DNA from: an uncultured Bacteroidales bacterium
Lineage (GTDB): Bacteria; Bacteroidota; Bacteroidia; Bacteroidales; UBA3824
Assembly (NCBI GenBank): GCA_937877455.1
Contig: CALFIU010000177.1
Span: 13,769 to 77,768 of the forward strand
DNA: 64,000 bases
Direction of reading: 5' to 3'
Position numbers and translations under genes: made by a program. This document shows positions 9,437-19,458 of this stretch, one piece after another. Numbering within the stretch: position 1 is the stretch's first letter; each line of letters starts with the position of its first letter. The notes beneath the pieces are model-generated. The model did no database searches. It saw nothing but the letters and a program-made list of their open reading frames with translations, and was not told where the DNA came from.

Positions 9437-10423
9437 ATGAAAAGTATAATTTATCAACAACTGCAAGAGCTTGATGCACTGAAACTTAACTTTGGTAACA
9501 ATGGTTCAATGATTTTGAACGTGGTGTTGTGTTTTATTATGTTTGGTGTTGCATTAGGCATACGTCCGCAACAGTTTAAAACAGCAATACACCATCCAAG
9601 GTCAGTAATTGCAGGTCTTTTGTCGCAATGGGTATTGCTTCCGGCTGTTACATTTTTGTTTGTGTACTTATTAAAAAATCACTTAACGGTAACTGTTGCA
9701 TTGGGTGCTATTTTGGTGGCATCGTGTCCTGGTGGTAATGTTTCAAATTTTATAAGTTCGCTTTCTCGTGGCAATATAGAATTGTCAGTAAGCCTAACTG
9801 CTATCACAACTGTATGTGCTGTTTTTATAACACCTGCCAATTTTTCTTTTTGGGGCAACCTCTTTGCAGGTACAACGGGTCTTGTTAAACCTATATACGT
9901 GCCAATAAGTTCAGTTTTAGAAACTTTGATATTAATATTGGGAATTCCGCTAGTTTTAGGTTTATTTTTTTCGTGGAAACTTCCAAACATAGCCAAAAAG
10001 ATAGCAAAACCAATTCAAAAAATTTCTATTTTATGTTTTATGGCGATAGTAATCTTGGCGTTTGTTGCAAACTTTGAATATTTTGTAAAATATATAAAAT
10101 TTATTTTTATAATAGTTTTGTTACAAAATGCGTTGGCATACTTAACTGGTTGGTCGGTAGCCACAATTGCAAAAACCAATAGCCGCGACCGCCGTACAAT
10201 AACAATAGAAACTGGTATTCAAAATTCTGGACTTGCACTTATGTTGATTTTTAATCCATCTATTTTTCCGCCCGAAACGCCGATTGGAGGTATGGCATTT
10301 ATAGCCTCATGGTGGGGCGTTTGGCATATTGTTGCAGGTTTGTGCATCGCTACATTTTGGAATTTTAAACGCGTAAAGAACTTCCGCGCATATAAAAATA
10401 GAAGTTTGGCGTATAAAAATTAA
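9437..10423 (+). CDS. bile acid:sodium symporter (BASS) family transporter
   Basis: Polytopic protein with the SCPGGNVSN motif characteristic of BASS/ACR3-type carriers. Confidence 0.8.
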   Translation: MKSIIYQQLQELDALKLNFGNNGSMILNVVLCFIMFGVALGIRPQQFKTAIHHPRSVIAGLLSQWVLLPAVTFLFVYLLKNHLTVTVALGAILVASCPGGNVSNFISSLSRGNIELSVSLTAITTVCAVFITPANFSFWGNLFAGTTGLVKPIYVPISSVLETLILILGIPLVLGLFFSWKLPNIAKKIAKPIQKISILCFMAIVILAFVANFEYFVKYIKFIFIIVLLQNALAYLTGWSVATIAKTNSRDRRTITIETGIQNSGLALMLIFNPSIFPPETPIGGMAFIASWWGVWHIVAGLCIATFWNFKRVKNFRAYKNRSLAYKN

Positions 10424-10427
10424 ACAA

Positions 10428-11792
10428 ATGAAACTGGCTAACGTAGAGGATTTCAATTGGTTATATGCCATTTTGAGGATTTTTCCCGGATTTGTACACA
10501 ATCATATTTTTTATAAAAAGGTTTACACTTTTGGGCTTGAAAACATACCAGACGAAGGACCTGTAATTTTTGCGCCCAATCATCAAAACGCATTAATGGA
10601 CGCATTGATAATAACGTCGATAAAAAATTGGCAACCAGTATTTATGGCGCGTGCCGACATATTTGCAGGTCAATTTGTAAGACAATTGCTTTTTTTTATG
10701 AAAATTCTGCCTATTTTTCGCATACGCGACGGCAAAGAATCGTTAAAACAGAACGACGCTATTTTTCAAAAAGCTGTAAAAGTTCTTAAAAAAAAGCGTT
10801 TTTTGGTTATTTATCCAGAAGCAAGTCATCAAGGCAAACGTCATTTGCGACCACTAAAAAAAGGAATAACGCGCATAGCTTTTATGGCAGAAGAAGCTAC
10901 AAATTATACTCTTGGCGTAAAAATTGTGCCTGTTGGTATAAATTATCAAAATTATTTTAATTTTCGTTCCAATGCACTAATCAATTTTGGAAAGCCGATA
11001 GTTGTAAATGATTTTAGAGAATTATACAAAGAAAATCCACAAAAAGCCAACCATGAACTTATAAAATGTATTGCCGATGGTATAAGACCGTTAATAATAG
11101 ATATTAACAATAGCGATTATTACGATAATTTTGAAACCGCTCGCATGATTTTTGCTCCATATATTATAAGGAAAGAGCGTAAAATTGTAAACAATTTTAA
11201 AAACACAGTCTATGCTGGCCAAAAGGTTGTTAAAATGCTTGACGAAATTAGTTGTAGTGATACACAAACTTTTAACCAACTCAATAGTCAATTGGCAGAA
11301 TATCGCGAACTTTTAAAATTAGAAAACCTAAGAGATTGGGTTATACGTCGCGATGTTGGATTTTTATCGGTTTTTGCGCGCACAATGTTGCTTTTGTCAA
11401 CATCGCCTATCGCATTGTTTGGTTTTATCAATAATTTTATTCCCTATTGGCTACCATGGCTTATAACAAGAAAAATTAAAGACAAAAATTTTCACACATC
11501 AATACGATTTGGTGTTTATATGATTGCATTTCCACTGGTGTTTTATCCATTAATTTTTATTTTACTTGCCAAATTTACAGAACCTTGGTGGGTAAAATAT
11601 GTATATATGGCATTGCTACCAATTACTGGAATTTTTGCACATAGATACTATATAATAGCCTTAAAATTAAAGGCTACTTGGAAATATGTATTGAATAAAA
11701 GCAAAAAAAATTTTGTAAGATTACGTGAGTTACGCTCCGAAATTTTGGAAACTCTTGTAAAAAAATATCGCAAAAACAAAAACTCAAAATAA
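10428..11792 (+). CDS. lysophospholipid (1-acyl-sn-glycerol-3-phosphate) acyltransferase family protein with C-terminal membrane domain
   Basis: HX4D acyltransferase motif (NHQNALMD) plus a PEASH block. It starts 4 nt after the previous stop. Confidence 0.75.
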   Translation: MKLANVEDFNWLYAILRIFPGFVHNHIFYKKVYTFGLENIPDEGPVIFAPNHQNALMDALIITSIKNWQPVFMARADIFAGQFVRQLLFFMKILPIFRIRDGKESLKQNDAIFQKAVKVLKKKRFLVIYPEASHQGKRHLRPLKKGITRIAFMAEEATNYTLGVKIVPVGINYQNYFNFRSNALINFGKPIVVNDFRELYKENPQKANHELIKCIADGIRPLIIDINNSDYYDNFETARMIFAPYIIRKERKIVNNFKNTVYAGQKVVKMLDEISCSDTQTFNQLNSQLAEYRELLKLENLRDWVIRRDVGFLSVFARTMLLLSTSPIALFGFINNFIPYWLPWLITRKIKDKNFHTSIRFGVYMIAFPLVFYPLIFILLAKFTEPWWVKYVYMALLPITGIFAHRYYIIALKLKATWKYVLNKSKKNFVRLRELRSEILETLVKKYRKNKNSK

Positions 11793-11795
11793 TTT

Positions 11796-12782
11796 ATGGA
11801 ATTTTTTACCGAAGTGGCAATTAAGCCAAGCGAAAATAAAATTAATTATAACATGCCACTTTTATTTTTAGGTTCATGCTTTGCACAAAACATAAGTACA
11901 TTTTTTGTTAATGCAAAGTTTAATTGCAATATTAATCCTTCGGGAATAGTTTATAATCCATTGGTTATAAGTAATTTGGTAAAAAAAATTGTTGAAAACA
12001 AAGTATATTGTAATAATGATTTCTTTTTTGACGGCGTTAATTATTGTTGCTATGATTTTCATGGTAGTTTTTCGCACCAAAATTTGGAAATTGCGGTAAA
12101 AAATGCAAATCAAAGTATTAAAAATGCCGCTGATTTTATTAAAAATGCCTCTTTTTGTTTTGTAACATTAGGTACAGCTTACGTTTATTTTCTCAAACAA
12201 AACTCCCAACCAGTAAGCAACTGCCACAAACAAAATACTGATATTTTTTTTCGACGTAGATTAGAAATTGAAGAGGTTTACAATAGTATTTCTTCGATGA
12301 TTGAAACTTTTATAAAAGTAAATCCCAAGATTCGTTTTGTATTGACAGTAAGCCCAATAAGGCATTGGAAAGACGGTGCACATGGCAACCGTGTAAGTAA
12401 AGCAATCTTACTTTCAAGCGTAGAAAAAATTATAGAAAACTATACTTGTGCAGAGTATTTTCCAAGTTACGAAATAGTTGAAGATCAGCTTCGCGATTAT
12501 CGTTTTTATGCCGAAGACATGATACACTTATCCCCCACTGCCGAAAAAATAATTTGGGAAAAACTATCGCAGACATATTTTTCACAAAAAACGCAGTTGG
12601 AAATAAAAAAAGTTGAAAAATTTATGCTTTCGGTAAAACATCGTATAATTGATTATAAATCGTTAAAAACCAAAGAATTTGCTAAAAAAAATATTGAAAT
12701 AGCAAATAATTTGGAAAAAGAAATTATAGGATTAGACTTGTCGGAAGAAAAAAAATATTTTTTACAATTGCTTGAAAATTAA
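11796..12782 (+). CDS. GSCFA-domain protein
   Basis: Contains the literal family signature LGSCFA near the N-terminus. It starts 3 nt after the previous stop. Confidence 0.75.
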   Translation: MEFFTEVAIKPSENKINYNMPLLFLGSCFAQNISTFFVNAKFNCNINPSGIVYNPLVISNLVKKIVENKVYCNNDFFFDGVNYCCYDFHGSFSHQNLEIAVKNANQSIKNAADFIKNASFCFVTLGTAYVYFLKQNSQPVSNCHKQNTDIFFRRRLEIEEVYNSISSMIETFIKVNPKIRFVLTVSPIRHWKDGAHGNRVSKAILLSSVEKIIENYTCAEYFPSYEIVEDQLRDYRFYAEDMIHLSPTAEKIIWEKLSQTYFSQKTQLEIKKVEKFMLSVKHRIIDYKSLKTKEFAKKNIEIANNLEKEIIGLDLSEEKKYFLQLLEN

Positions 12783-12854
12783 TTGTTTAAAATAAATCAG
12801 TAATTTTTTTTCTAAAAAAATTACTGAAAAATTTGGAGAATAAAAAAAAGTATC

Positions 12855-12862
12855 TACCTTTG
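12855..12862 (+). promoter_or_regulatory. -7 promoter box TACCTTTG for tRNA-Leu
   Basis: TAnnTTTG match 48 nt upstream of the mature tRNA 5' end. Confidence 0.55.
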
Positions 12863-12909
12863 CAACGTCTTAATCAGAAAGACAATAGGATTTTTAAATG
12901 TTAAACAAA

Positions 12910-12995
12910 GCCCGGGTGGCGGAATTGGTAGACGCGCATGTTTGAGGGGCATGTCTTCGTAATAGGAGGTGCAAGTTCAAGTCTTGTCTCGGGCA
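12910..12995 (+). tRNA. tRNA-Leu (anticodon GAG), class II with long variable arm
   Basis: Hand-folded cloverleaf. The acceptor pairs GCCCGGG with CTCGGGC, the anticodon stem pairs CATGT with GCATG around loop TTGAGGG, and the T-loop is TTCAAGT. No CCA is encoded. Confidence 0.9.
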
Positions 12996-12999
12996 CAAA

Positions 13000-13036
13000 G
13001 GAGTGATGAAAAATTTTCATTACTCCTTTTGTTTTT
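13000..13036 (+). terminator. rho-independent terminator after tRNA-Leu
   Basis: 11-bp stem GGAGTGATGAA/TTCATTACTCC followed by TTTTGTTTTT. Confidence 0.8.
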
Positions 13037-13044
13037 AATATTAT

Positions 13045-13169
13045 CTTAAGGGAAGTTCTAAAAATTAGATTTTTCAAGGCGTATGAAATCAAAAAGCGCA
13101 GTTTACTGATTGTAAATGAGTATTTTGAGATTGAAATACAACGCAGAAAAAGCAATTTTTAGAACCCCT
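13045..13169 (+). repeat. MITE-like element, family 1, copy A (core 13055-13165)
   Basis: The termini are GTTCTAAAAATT and AATTTTTAGAAC. It is near-identical to the reverse complement of 21321-21446, with about five differences by eye. Confidence 0.8.
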
Positions 13170-13311
13170 GTCAAAGTTTTATATTCATTTTGGGTCTTTT
13201 GTTTTTCTATATTTTTCTATCAATTCCAATGCAAATTATAATTTTTTATAAAAAGCCTTTGATGAAAATTAGAAATTATTTTTTTTAATTTTTGTAGTTT
13301 ACTTTTTTTTT

Positions 13312-13319
13312 TACCTTTG
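13312..13319 (+). promoter_or_regulatory. -7 promoter box TACCTTTG
   Basis: TAnnTTTG match 26 nt upstream of the parE ATG. Confidence 0.55.
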
Positions 13320-13344
13320 CAATGTATTAAAACTTAATCTGATA

Positions 13345-15228
13345 ATGGATAAACCTATAGAAGAATATACTGGCGACAAAATTGTAACCCTCGAATGGCA
13401 AGAGCATATACGTCGTCGTCCTGGAATGTATATCGGAAAACTTGGCGATGGATCTTCGCCTGACGATGGCATTTATGTGTTGCTAAAAGAAACAATAGAC
13501 AACTCCATTGATGAATTTATGATGGGGTTTGGAAAAAAAATTGAAGTAAAAATTGAAAACGGAAAAGTGCTTGTACGCGACTATGGACGTGGTATTCCGT
13601 TGGAAAAAGTTAAAGACGTTTCGTCAAAAATGAACACTGGAGCAAAGTACGACAGCAGTGTTTTTAAAAAATCTGTTGGACTTAATGGTGTGGGTATTAA
13701 GGCTGTTAACGCTCTTTCTAATGAGTTTACTATACGTGCTTTTCGCGAAGGCAAATTTAAAAAAGTGTCTTATTCAAAAGGTATTTGCACCGAAGATGCT
13801 CCAATTGCCGATATTGAAAATGTAAAAAATGGTACAGAAACTTCTTTTATTCCAGATGCCGAAATTTTTGGACATTATCATTTTCAAGACGATTATATAA
13901 TTCCTCTGTTGAAAAATTATGTTTATCTAAATCGAGGATTAACAATAATTTACAATGGAGAATCATTTCAAAGCAAAAATGGGTTACTCGATCTGCTCAC
14001 CGACAATATGAGTAGTGAGGGGCTTTATCCTATAATACATCTTACTGGTCAGGATATTGAAATAGCCATGACACATAACAAGCAGTTTGGTGAAGAATAT
14101 TATAGTTTTGTAAACGGTCAACATACAACCCAAGGCGGCACACACCTTATGGCTTTTCGTGAGGCATTAACAAAAACTGTAAGAGATTTTTATAAAAAAG
14201 AGTTTGATGTTAACGACATAAAAGCATCTATAGCTGCAGCAGTAAGTATAAAAGTGGAAGAACCTGTGTTTGAGAGCCAAACAAAAACTAAGTTGGGAAG
14301 CAAAAACATGAGTCCAAATGGGGAAACAATTAGAAATTTTATGCTAAATTTTATAACCCGCGAACTTGATAACTACCTTCATAAATATCCCGAAACGGCG
14401 CAAATTCTACTCAAAAAAATACAAGATAACGAGCGTGATCGTAAAGCCATATCCGACATTCAAAAAATTGCTCGAGAACGTACAAAAAAAGTAAATCTTC
14501 ACAACAGAAAACTTCGCGACTGTAACGTTCACTATAATAGCAACGACCCACGTAAAGCCGAATCAACTATTTTTATAACGGAGGGCGATTCGGCAAGCGG
14601 TAGCATTACCAAAAGCCGTGATGTAAATACACAAGCAGTTTTTTCTTTGCGTGGTAAGCCATTAAATTGTTTTGGACTTACAAAAAAAGTTGTTTACGAA
14701 AACGAAGAGTTTAATCTTTTACAAGCCGCTTTAAACATCGAAGAAGGCATTGAAAACATACGTTACAACAAAGTTGTAATAGCCACCGATGCCGATGTTG
14801 ACGGAATGCACATTAGATTGTTGATGATTACGTTTTTTCTCAACTTTTTTCCAGAAGTTATAAAAACGAAACACCTTTATATATTACAAACTCCACTTTT
14901 TAGGGTTAGAAACAAGCAAAAAACTTTTTATTGTTACACCGAAGAAGAAAAACTCGCGGCTATAGCTGCTTGTGGAAAAAATCCTGAAATGACAAGGTTT
15001 AAAGGTTTGGGAGAAATTTCGCCAGACGAATTTAAAAATTTCATTGGTCCTGAAATGAGAATAGAACCAGTGTTAATAAAAAAAGAAGACCAAATACAAG
15101 AATTAATGACATTTTACATGGGAAAAAACACGCCCGATCGTCAAAATTTTATTATAGACAATCTTGTAATAGAAGAAGACCGTATTGATGTGGAAGAAGA
15201 AACACCTGAAAATGTGATTGTTGAATAA
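13345..15228 (+). CDS. parE: DNA topoisomerase IV subunit B (type IIA topoisomerase ATPase subunit)
   Basis: 627 aa. N-terminus [25 protein letters not shown] ATPase motifs, and Toprim motifs EGDSA and DADVDGMHI. The length and N-terminus fit ParE better than GyrB. Confidence 0.88.
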   Translation: MDKPIEEYTGDKIVTLEWQEHIRRRPGMYIGKLGDGSSPDDGIYVLLKETIDNSIDEFMMGFGKKIEVKIENGKVLVRDYGRGIPLEKVKDVSSKMNTGAKYDSSVFKKSVGLNGVGIKAVNALSNEFTIRAFREGKFKKVSYSKGICTEDAPIADIENVKNGTETSFIPDAEIFGHYHFQDDYIIPLLKNYVYLNRGLTIIYNGESFQSKNGLLDLLTDNMSSEGLYPIIHLTGQDIEIAMTHNKQFGEEYYSFVNGQHTTQGGTHLMAFREALTKTVRDFYKKEFDVNDIKASIAAAVSIKVEEPVFESQTKTKLGSKNMSPNGETIRNFMLNFITRELDNYLHKYPETAQILLKKIQDNERDRKAISDIQKIARERTKKVNLHNRKLRDCNVHYNSNDPRKAESTIFITEGDSASGSITKSRDVNTQAVFSLRGKPLNCFGLTKKVVYENEEFNLLQAALNIEEGIENIRYNKVVIATDADVDGMHIRLLMITFFLNFFPEVIKTKHLYILQTPLFRVRNKQKTFYCYTEEEKLAAIAACGKNPEMTRFKGLGEISPDEFKNFIGPEMRIEPVLIKKEDQIQELMTFYMGKNTPDRQNFIIDNLVIEEDRIDVEEETPENVIVE

Positions 15229-15235
15229 TAATTTT

Positions 15236-15277
15236 AGGTCGAAATTTTTATGTATTTAGAAAATTTCGACCTTTTTT
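15236..15277 (+). terminator. rho-independent terminator after parE
   Basis: 13-bp stem AGGTCGAAATTTT/AAAATTTCGACCT followed by TTTTTT. Confidence 0.8.
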
Positions 15278-15359
15278 ATAAAATTAACCTAAAATTCATA
15301 GTCAAAAATACTTTGTTAAAATAAAAATTTCCATCTTTGACATGTAATTTTAGAATTAA

Positions 15360-15452
15360 ATGGTGTTAGAAAACAACATAAAACACATTTTAACGGAAAA
15401 TGCCAATGTTTTCCGAACTATAATTATTACCATTACCCCATTCGGGGTTTAA
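15360..15452 (+). CDS. candidate thr-operon leader peptide MVLENNIKHILTENANVFRTIIITITPFGV
   Basis: A 30-codon ATG ORF missing from the track. It carries seven consecutive Thr/Ile codons (ACT ATA ATT ATT ACC ATT ACC, 15417-15437) and lies 164 nt upstream of thrA. Confidence 0.6.
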   Translation: MVLENNIKHILTENANVFRTIIITITPFGV

Positions 15453-15458
15453 TTTTTT
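15435..15458 (+). terminator. candidate attenuator terminator overlapping the end of the leader ORF
   Basis: ACCCC-ATTC-GGGGT hairpin followed by TTTAATTTTTT. Its 5' arm includes the last regulatory Thr codon. Confidence 0.5.
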
Positions 15459-15615
15459 GTGCGTACCTACGTGGAACGCAAATTCCAAAACATAAAATCA
15501 TAAACACAAAATTAAAAACGTAAGGCAAAAAAATGCAATAAAAATAGTTATGTTGAAAAACTAAAACTATATTTGCCACAAAATTTGCCTTGCAAATACA
15601 GAAAATCTAAACAAA

Positions 15616-18057
15616 ATGAAAGTATTAAAATTTGGCGGCACATCAGTGTCGTCGGTTGAAACGGTAAAAAATATCAGTGAGATATTAAAGGAAAGTTCTG
15701 AAAACCAAATTGTTGTTTTTTCTGCACTCAGCAAAGTAACCAACATGCTGACAGAAGCAGCCGAACTTGCAGCAAAAGGCGACAATAATTTTAAGGATAT
15801 TCCATCGCAGATAGAAAAAAGGCATTACGATTTTATTGATCAATTGTTGCAAAAACAAGATCAGGGAAATCTTAAAGAAAAAATTTCAGAAAACATTCGC
15901 AGCCTTGAGAAAGTTTTAGAAGCCGTATCTTTTCTTGGAGAATTATCTGAAAGAGCCTATTTTATTATTGTAAGTTTTGGCGAAAAAATGTCAAATGCTA
16001 TTATGTTTCAATATCTTACAGTACATAATGGTAGCACAGGATATTTAGATTCGTCGCAAATAATAATTACTCGCTCCGTAAAGGGAAAACAGGTAGTAAA
16101 TAGAAGTTTAACCTACAAAAATATAAACGAAAATTATAATCCAGCCAACAAAATAACCGTTGCACCGGGATTTATATCCAAGTCGGAAGAAGGATATGCT
16201 ACAACACTTGGACGCGGCGGAAGCGACTATACTGCAGCACTTTATGCAGCAGCACTTAACGCGTCGCTGCTCGAAATTTGGACAGATGTAAGCGGAATTT
16301 ACACCGCAGATCCGCGAAAAGTGTCAAGTTCATACCCATTGCCACGTGTTTCTTACAAAGAAGCATTAGAACTTAGCAATTTTGGAGCAAAAGTAATTTA
16401 TGCGCCAACAATCCAGCCTGTTTTGGAAACCAACATTCCAATGGTTATAAAAAACACATTCCGTCCCAGCGACCCAGGAACATACGTAAGCAACGAAACC
16501 GAGCATACAAAAACAGCAGTAAAGGCATTTTCTACCATAGACGACATTGCAATGCTAACATTTTCTGGTACTGGACTTGTCGGTCGCACAGGAATTGCGG
16601 GAAGGTTGTTCAATACTTTGTCGGTAAATGGAATAAATATTATTATCATAACACAAGCCTCAAGTGAGCAAAGCATTTGTATTATTGTTGACTCGGCAGA
16701 TGCTGCAAAAGCAGAAAATTGTATTAATGCCGAATTTGATTTTGAAATTCGCAAAGGTATAGTAAATACTACCACTGCCGAAACGGGTTATTCAGTGCTT
16801 GCAATGGTTGGCGAGGGAATGAAAAATGCCCCAGGTTTATCAGGAAAGGCATTTGCAGCACTTGGAAGAAACGGAGTTAACATTCACGCAATAGCACAAG
16901 GCTCATCAGAACTTAATATTTCCATTGTGATTAAAAAAAGCGATAGCAAAAAAGCATTAAACGTTTTGCACGAAACTTTTTTTCTTTCGGAATATAAAAC
17001 AATAAATCTTTTTGTGGTTGGAATTGGTAATGTGGGCGGTGCATTAATTGGTCAAATAGCAAAACAAGAAGAATTTTTTAAAACAGAAAACAAAATAATC
17101 TTCAAACTAACAGGAATAGCAAATTCCAAAAAAATGTTGTTTGACGAAAAAGGCATCAACCTAAACGATTACCGACAGCTTCTCGAACAAAACGGTGAAC
17201 AAACCAACATGGAAAAGTTTGTTGACTATATCGACAAAATGAACCTTCGCAATGGCATATTCATCGATAACACCGCTGCCGAAGATATAAGTACATATTA
17301 CAAAGCAATCCTTGACGAAAACGTTTCGGTTGTAACTTGTAACAAGATAGCCGCATCGTCGCGCTATAATAATTACGAAATTTTAAAGAAAACAGCAGCA
17401 TTAAAAGGTGTCTTTTTTAGATACGAAAGCAACGTTGGTGCAGGTTTACCACTTATCAACACAATAAGTCATTTGGTAAAATCGGGCGATAAAATTTTAA
17501 GTATTGAGGCAGTACTATCGGGAAGTCTTAACTACATTTTCAACCGTTTTCACGAAGGAGCAACATTTGCACAAGCTGTAAAAGAAGCGGTAGAACAAGG
17601 ATTTACCGAACCAGATCCACGAGTTGACCTAAGTGGTATTGATGTAATGCGCAAAATACTTATTTTGATGCGAGAAAGTGGTGTAAAAGCAGAAATAGAA
17701 GATGTTGAGTTAAAAGATTTTATGCCAAGTGAATGTATGCAAATTTCTGACAAAGAACAATTTTTTAAATCTTTGGAGCAACATGCACAGTATTTTGAAA
17801 ACCTTAAAGAAACAATAGAAAAAGGTGGCAAACGTATGCGTTATGTTGCGCGTTTTGACGAACAAGGAGCATCGGTTGGACTTGTAGGAGCCACTCCAGA
17901 TTCGCCATACTACACCTTAGAAGGAAAAGATAATATAATAATCATAAAATCAAGGTATTACAATCCATCACCTTTAGTAATACGCGGAGCTGGTGCAGGA
18001 GCACAAGTTACAGCATCTGGTATTTTTTCTGATATAATATCAATTGTAAACAGTTGA
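15616..18057 (+). CDS. thrA: bifunctional aspartokinase / homoserine dehydrogenase (ThrA)
   Basis: 813 aa. MKVLKFGGTSV aspartokinase N-terminus, ACT domains, and a homoserine dehydrogenase half beginning with the Rossmann motif VGIGNVGG. Confidence 0.95.
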   Translation: MKVLKFGGTSVSSVETVKNISEILKESSENQIVVFSALSKVTNMLTEAAELAAKGDNNFKDIPSQIEKRHYDFIDQLLQKQDQGNLKEKISENIRSLEKVLEAVSFLGELSERAYFIIVSFGEKMSNAIMFQYLTVHNGSTGYLDSSQIIITRSVKGKQVVNRSLTYKNINENYNPANKITVAPGFISKSEEGYATTLGRGGSDYTAALYAAALNASLLEIWTDVSGIYTADPRKVSSSYPLPRVSYKEALELSNFGAKVIYAPTIQPVLETNIPMVIKNTFRPSDPGTYVSNETEHTKTAVKAFSTIDDIAMLTFSGTGLVGRTGIAGRLFNTLSVNGINIIIITQASSEQSICIIVDSADAAKAENCINAEFDFEIRKGIVNTTTAETGYSVLAMVGEGMKNAPGLSGKAFAALGRNGVNIHAIAQGSSELNISIVIKKSDSKKALNVLHETFFLSEYKTINLFVVGIGNVGGALIGQIAKQEEFFKTENKIIFKLTGIANSKKMLFDEKGINLNDYRQLLEQNGEQTNMEKFVDYIDKMNLRNGIFIDNTAAEDISTYYKAILDENVSVVTCNKIAASSRYNNYEILKKTAALKGVFFRYESNVGAGLPLINTISHLVKSGDKILSIEAVLSGSLNYIFNRFHEGATFAQAVKEAVEQGFTEPDPRVDLSGIDVMRKILILMRESGVKAEIEDVELKDFMPSECMQISDKEQFFKSLEQHAQYFENLKETIEKGGKRMRYVARFDEQGASVGLVGATPDSPYYTLEGKDNIIIIKSRYYNPSPLVIRGAGAGAQVTASGIFSDIISIVNS

Positions 18058-18087
18058 TTTTTTTAATGGTAATAAAAAATTATAAAA

Positions 18088-19383
18088 ATGCAATACATAA
18101 GCACCAAAGACAAAAACCTTAAAGTTTCGTTTGAGGAAGCCGTAAAACGTGGATTAGCACCAAACCGAGGTCTCTTCATGCCCGAAACTTATGTTAAAAT
18201 GCCCGAAGAATTTTGGGCTAACCTTTTTGATATGCCACTTGAAGAAATTGGCTATCAGGTTGGAAAACAATATGTTGGAGATGAAATTCCTGACTCTGAT
18301 TTCAAAAAATTGTGTAGCGAGGTATTAAATTTTGATATTCCGCTTGTTAATGTAAAAGACCGAATTTATAGTTTGGAACTTTTTCACGGTCCTACATGTG
18401 CATTCAAAGATGTTGGTGCACGTTTTATGGCTCGTTGTTTGGGTTATTTCTCATCTCGAAACAATGAAAAAACCGTAATTCTTGTAGCCACGTCTGGCGA
18501 TACAGGTAGCGCAGTTGCCAATGGTTTTCTTGGCGTTGACGGTGTTGAAGTGGTTATTCTCTATCCAAGCGGAAAAGTTAGCGAAATTCAAGAAAAACAA
18601 CTTACTACAAATGGTAAAAACATTACAGCGTTGGAAGTTAATGGTGTATTCGACGATTGTCAAAGACTTGTAAAAACTGCCTTTGAAAAATTCGATACAC
18701 AAGGTAAATTTAAACTTACATCTGCCAATTCAATCAACATTGCTCGACTTATTCCACAATCTTTCTATTATTATCACGCAGTGGCACAGTTAAAAACATT
18801 CGACAATGTAATATGCGTTCCAAGTGGAAATTTTGGTAATATTACAGGTGGAATATTTGCTTGGAAATCAGGACTTCCTGTAAAACATTTTGTTGCTGCA
18901 ACCAACATCAATGATACTGTACCACAATATCTTGCATCTGGAAAATATACACCAAAACCATCAGTACAGACAATTTCAAACGCAATGGATGTTGGCGACC
19001 CAAGCAATTTTGAACGACTTGACATGATTTTTGGGCACAACAGCGAAAATTTTGGTAAAACAATTTCAAGTTATAGTTTCACCGATGAGCAAACTCGCAA
19101 CAAAATGCGTAGTACGTTTGAACAATACGGCTATTTGCTTGATCCTCATGGTGCTGTTGGAATGCTTGGTTTGGAAAAATATCTCAATGGTAGCAATATT
19201 GCTGGAATATTTTTGGAAACCGCTCACCCAACAAAATTTCTTGACACTGTAAAAGAAACAGTTGGCGTATCCCCTGCCCTGCCCGATGCTTTGAAAGCTT
19301 GTCTCAATAAACAAAAAGTATCTGTAAAAATTGAAAACGATTATAACGAATTAAAAAATTTCTTGCAACAAAGATTCTTATAA
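18088..19383 (+). CDS. thrC: threonine synthase
   Basis: 431 aa. The PLP-lysine context HGPTCAFKDVG is the ThrC signature. It starts 30 nt after thrA. Confidence 0.95.
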   Translation: MQYISTKDKNLKVSFEEAVKRGLAPNRGLFMPETYVKMPEEFWANLFDMPLEEIGYQVGKQYVGDEIPDSDFKKLCSEVLNFDIPLVNVKDRIYSLELFHGPTCAFKDVGARFMARCLGYFSSRNNEKTVILVATSGDTGSAVANGFLGVDGVEVVILYPSGKVSEIQEKQLTTNGKNITALEVNGVFDDCQRLVKTAFEKFDTQGKFKLTSANSINIARLIPQSFYYYHAVAQLKTFDNVICVPSGNFGNITGGIFAWKSGLPVKHFVAATNINDTVPQYLASGKYTPKPSVQTISNAMDVGDPSNFERLDMIFGHNSENFGKTISSYSFTDEQTRNKMRSTFEQYGYLLDPHGAVGMLGLEKYLNGSNIAGIFLETAHPTKFLDTVKETVGVSPALPDALKACLNKQKVSVKIENDYNELKNFLQQRFL

Positions 19384-19458
19384 ACTCTAAAAAAAGTAAG
19401 TTGTAATAAAAAATTTACATACTTCAACATATAATTTTGTAAATACTTTAATAAATAA

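Noticed and set aside
12901-13155. 84-aa minus-strand ORF, and its counterpart at 21371-21625
   Set aside because: Both run through a tRNA gene or terminator and the family 1 MITE. They look like paired proteins only because the repeat occurs twice in opposite orientation. Neither has a plausible start context or coding-like composition.
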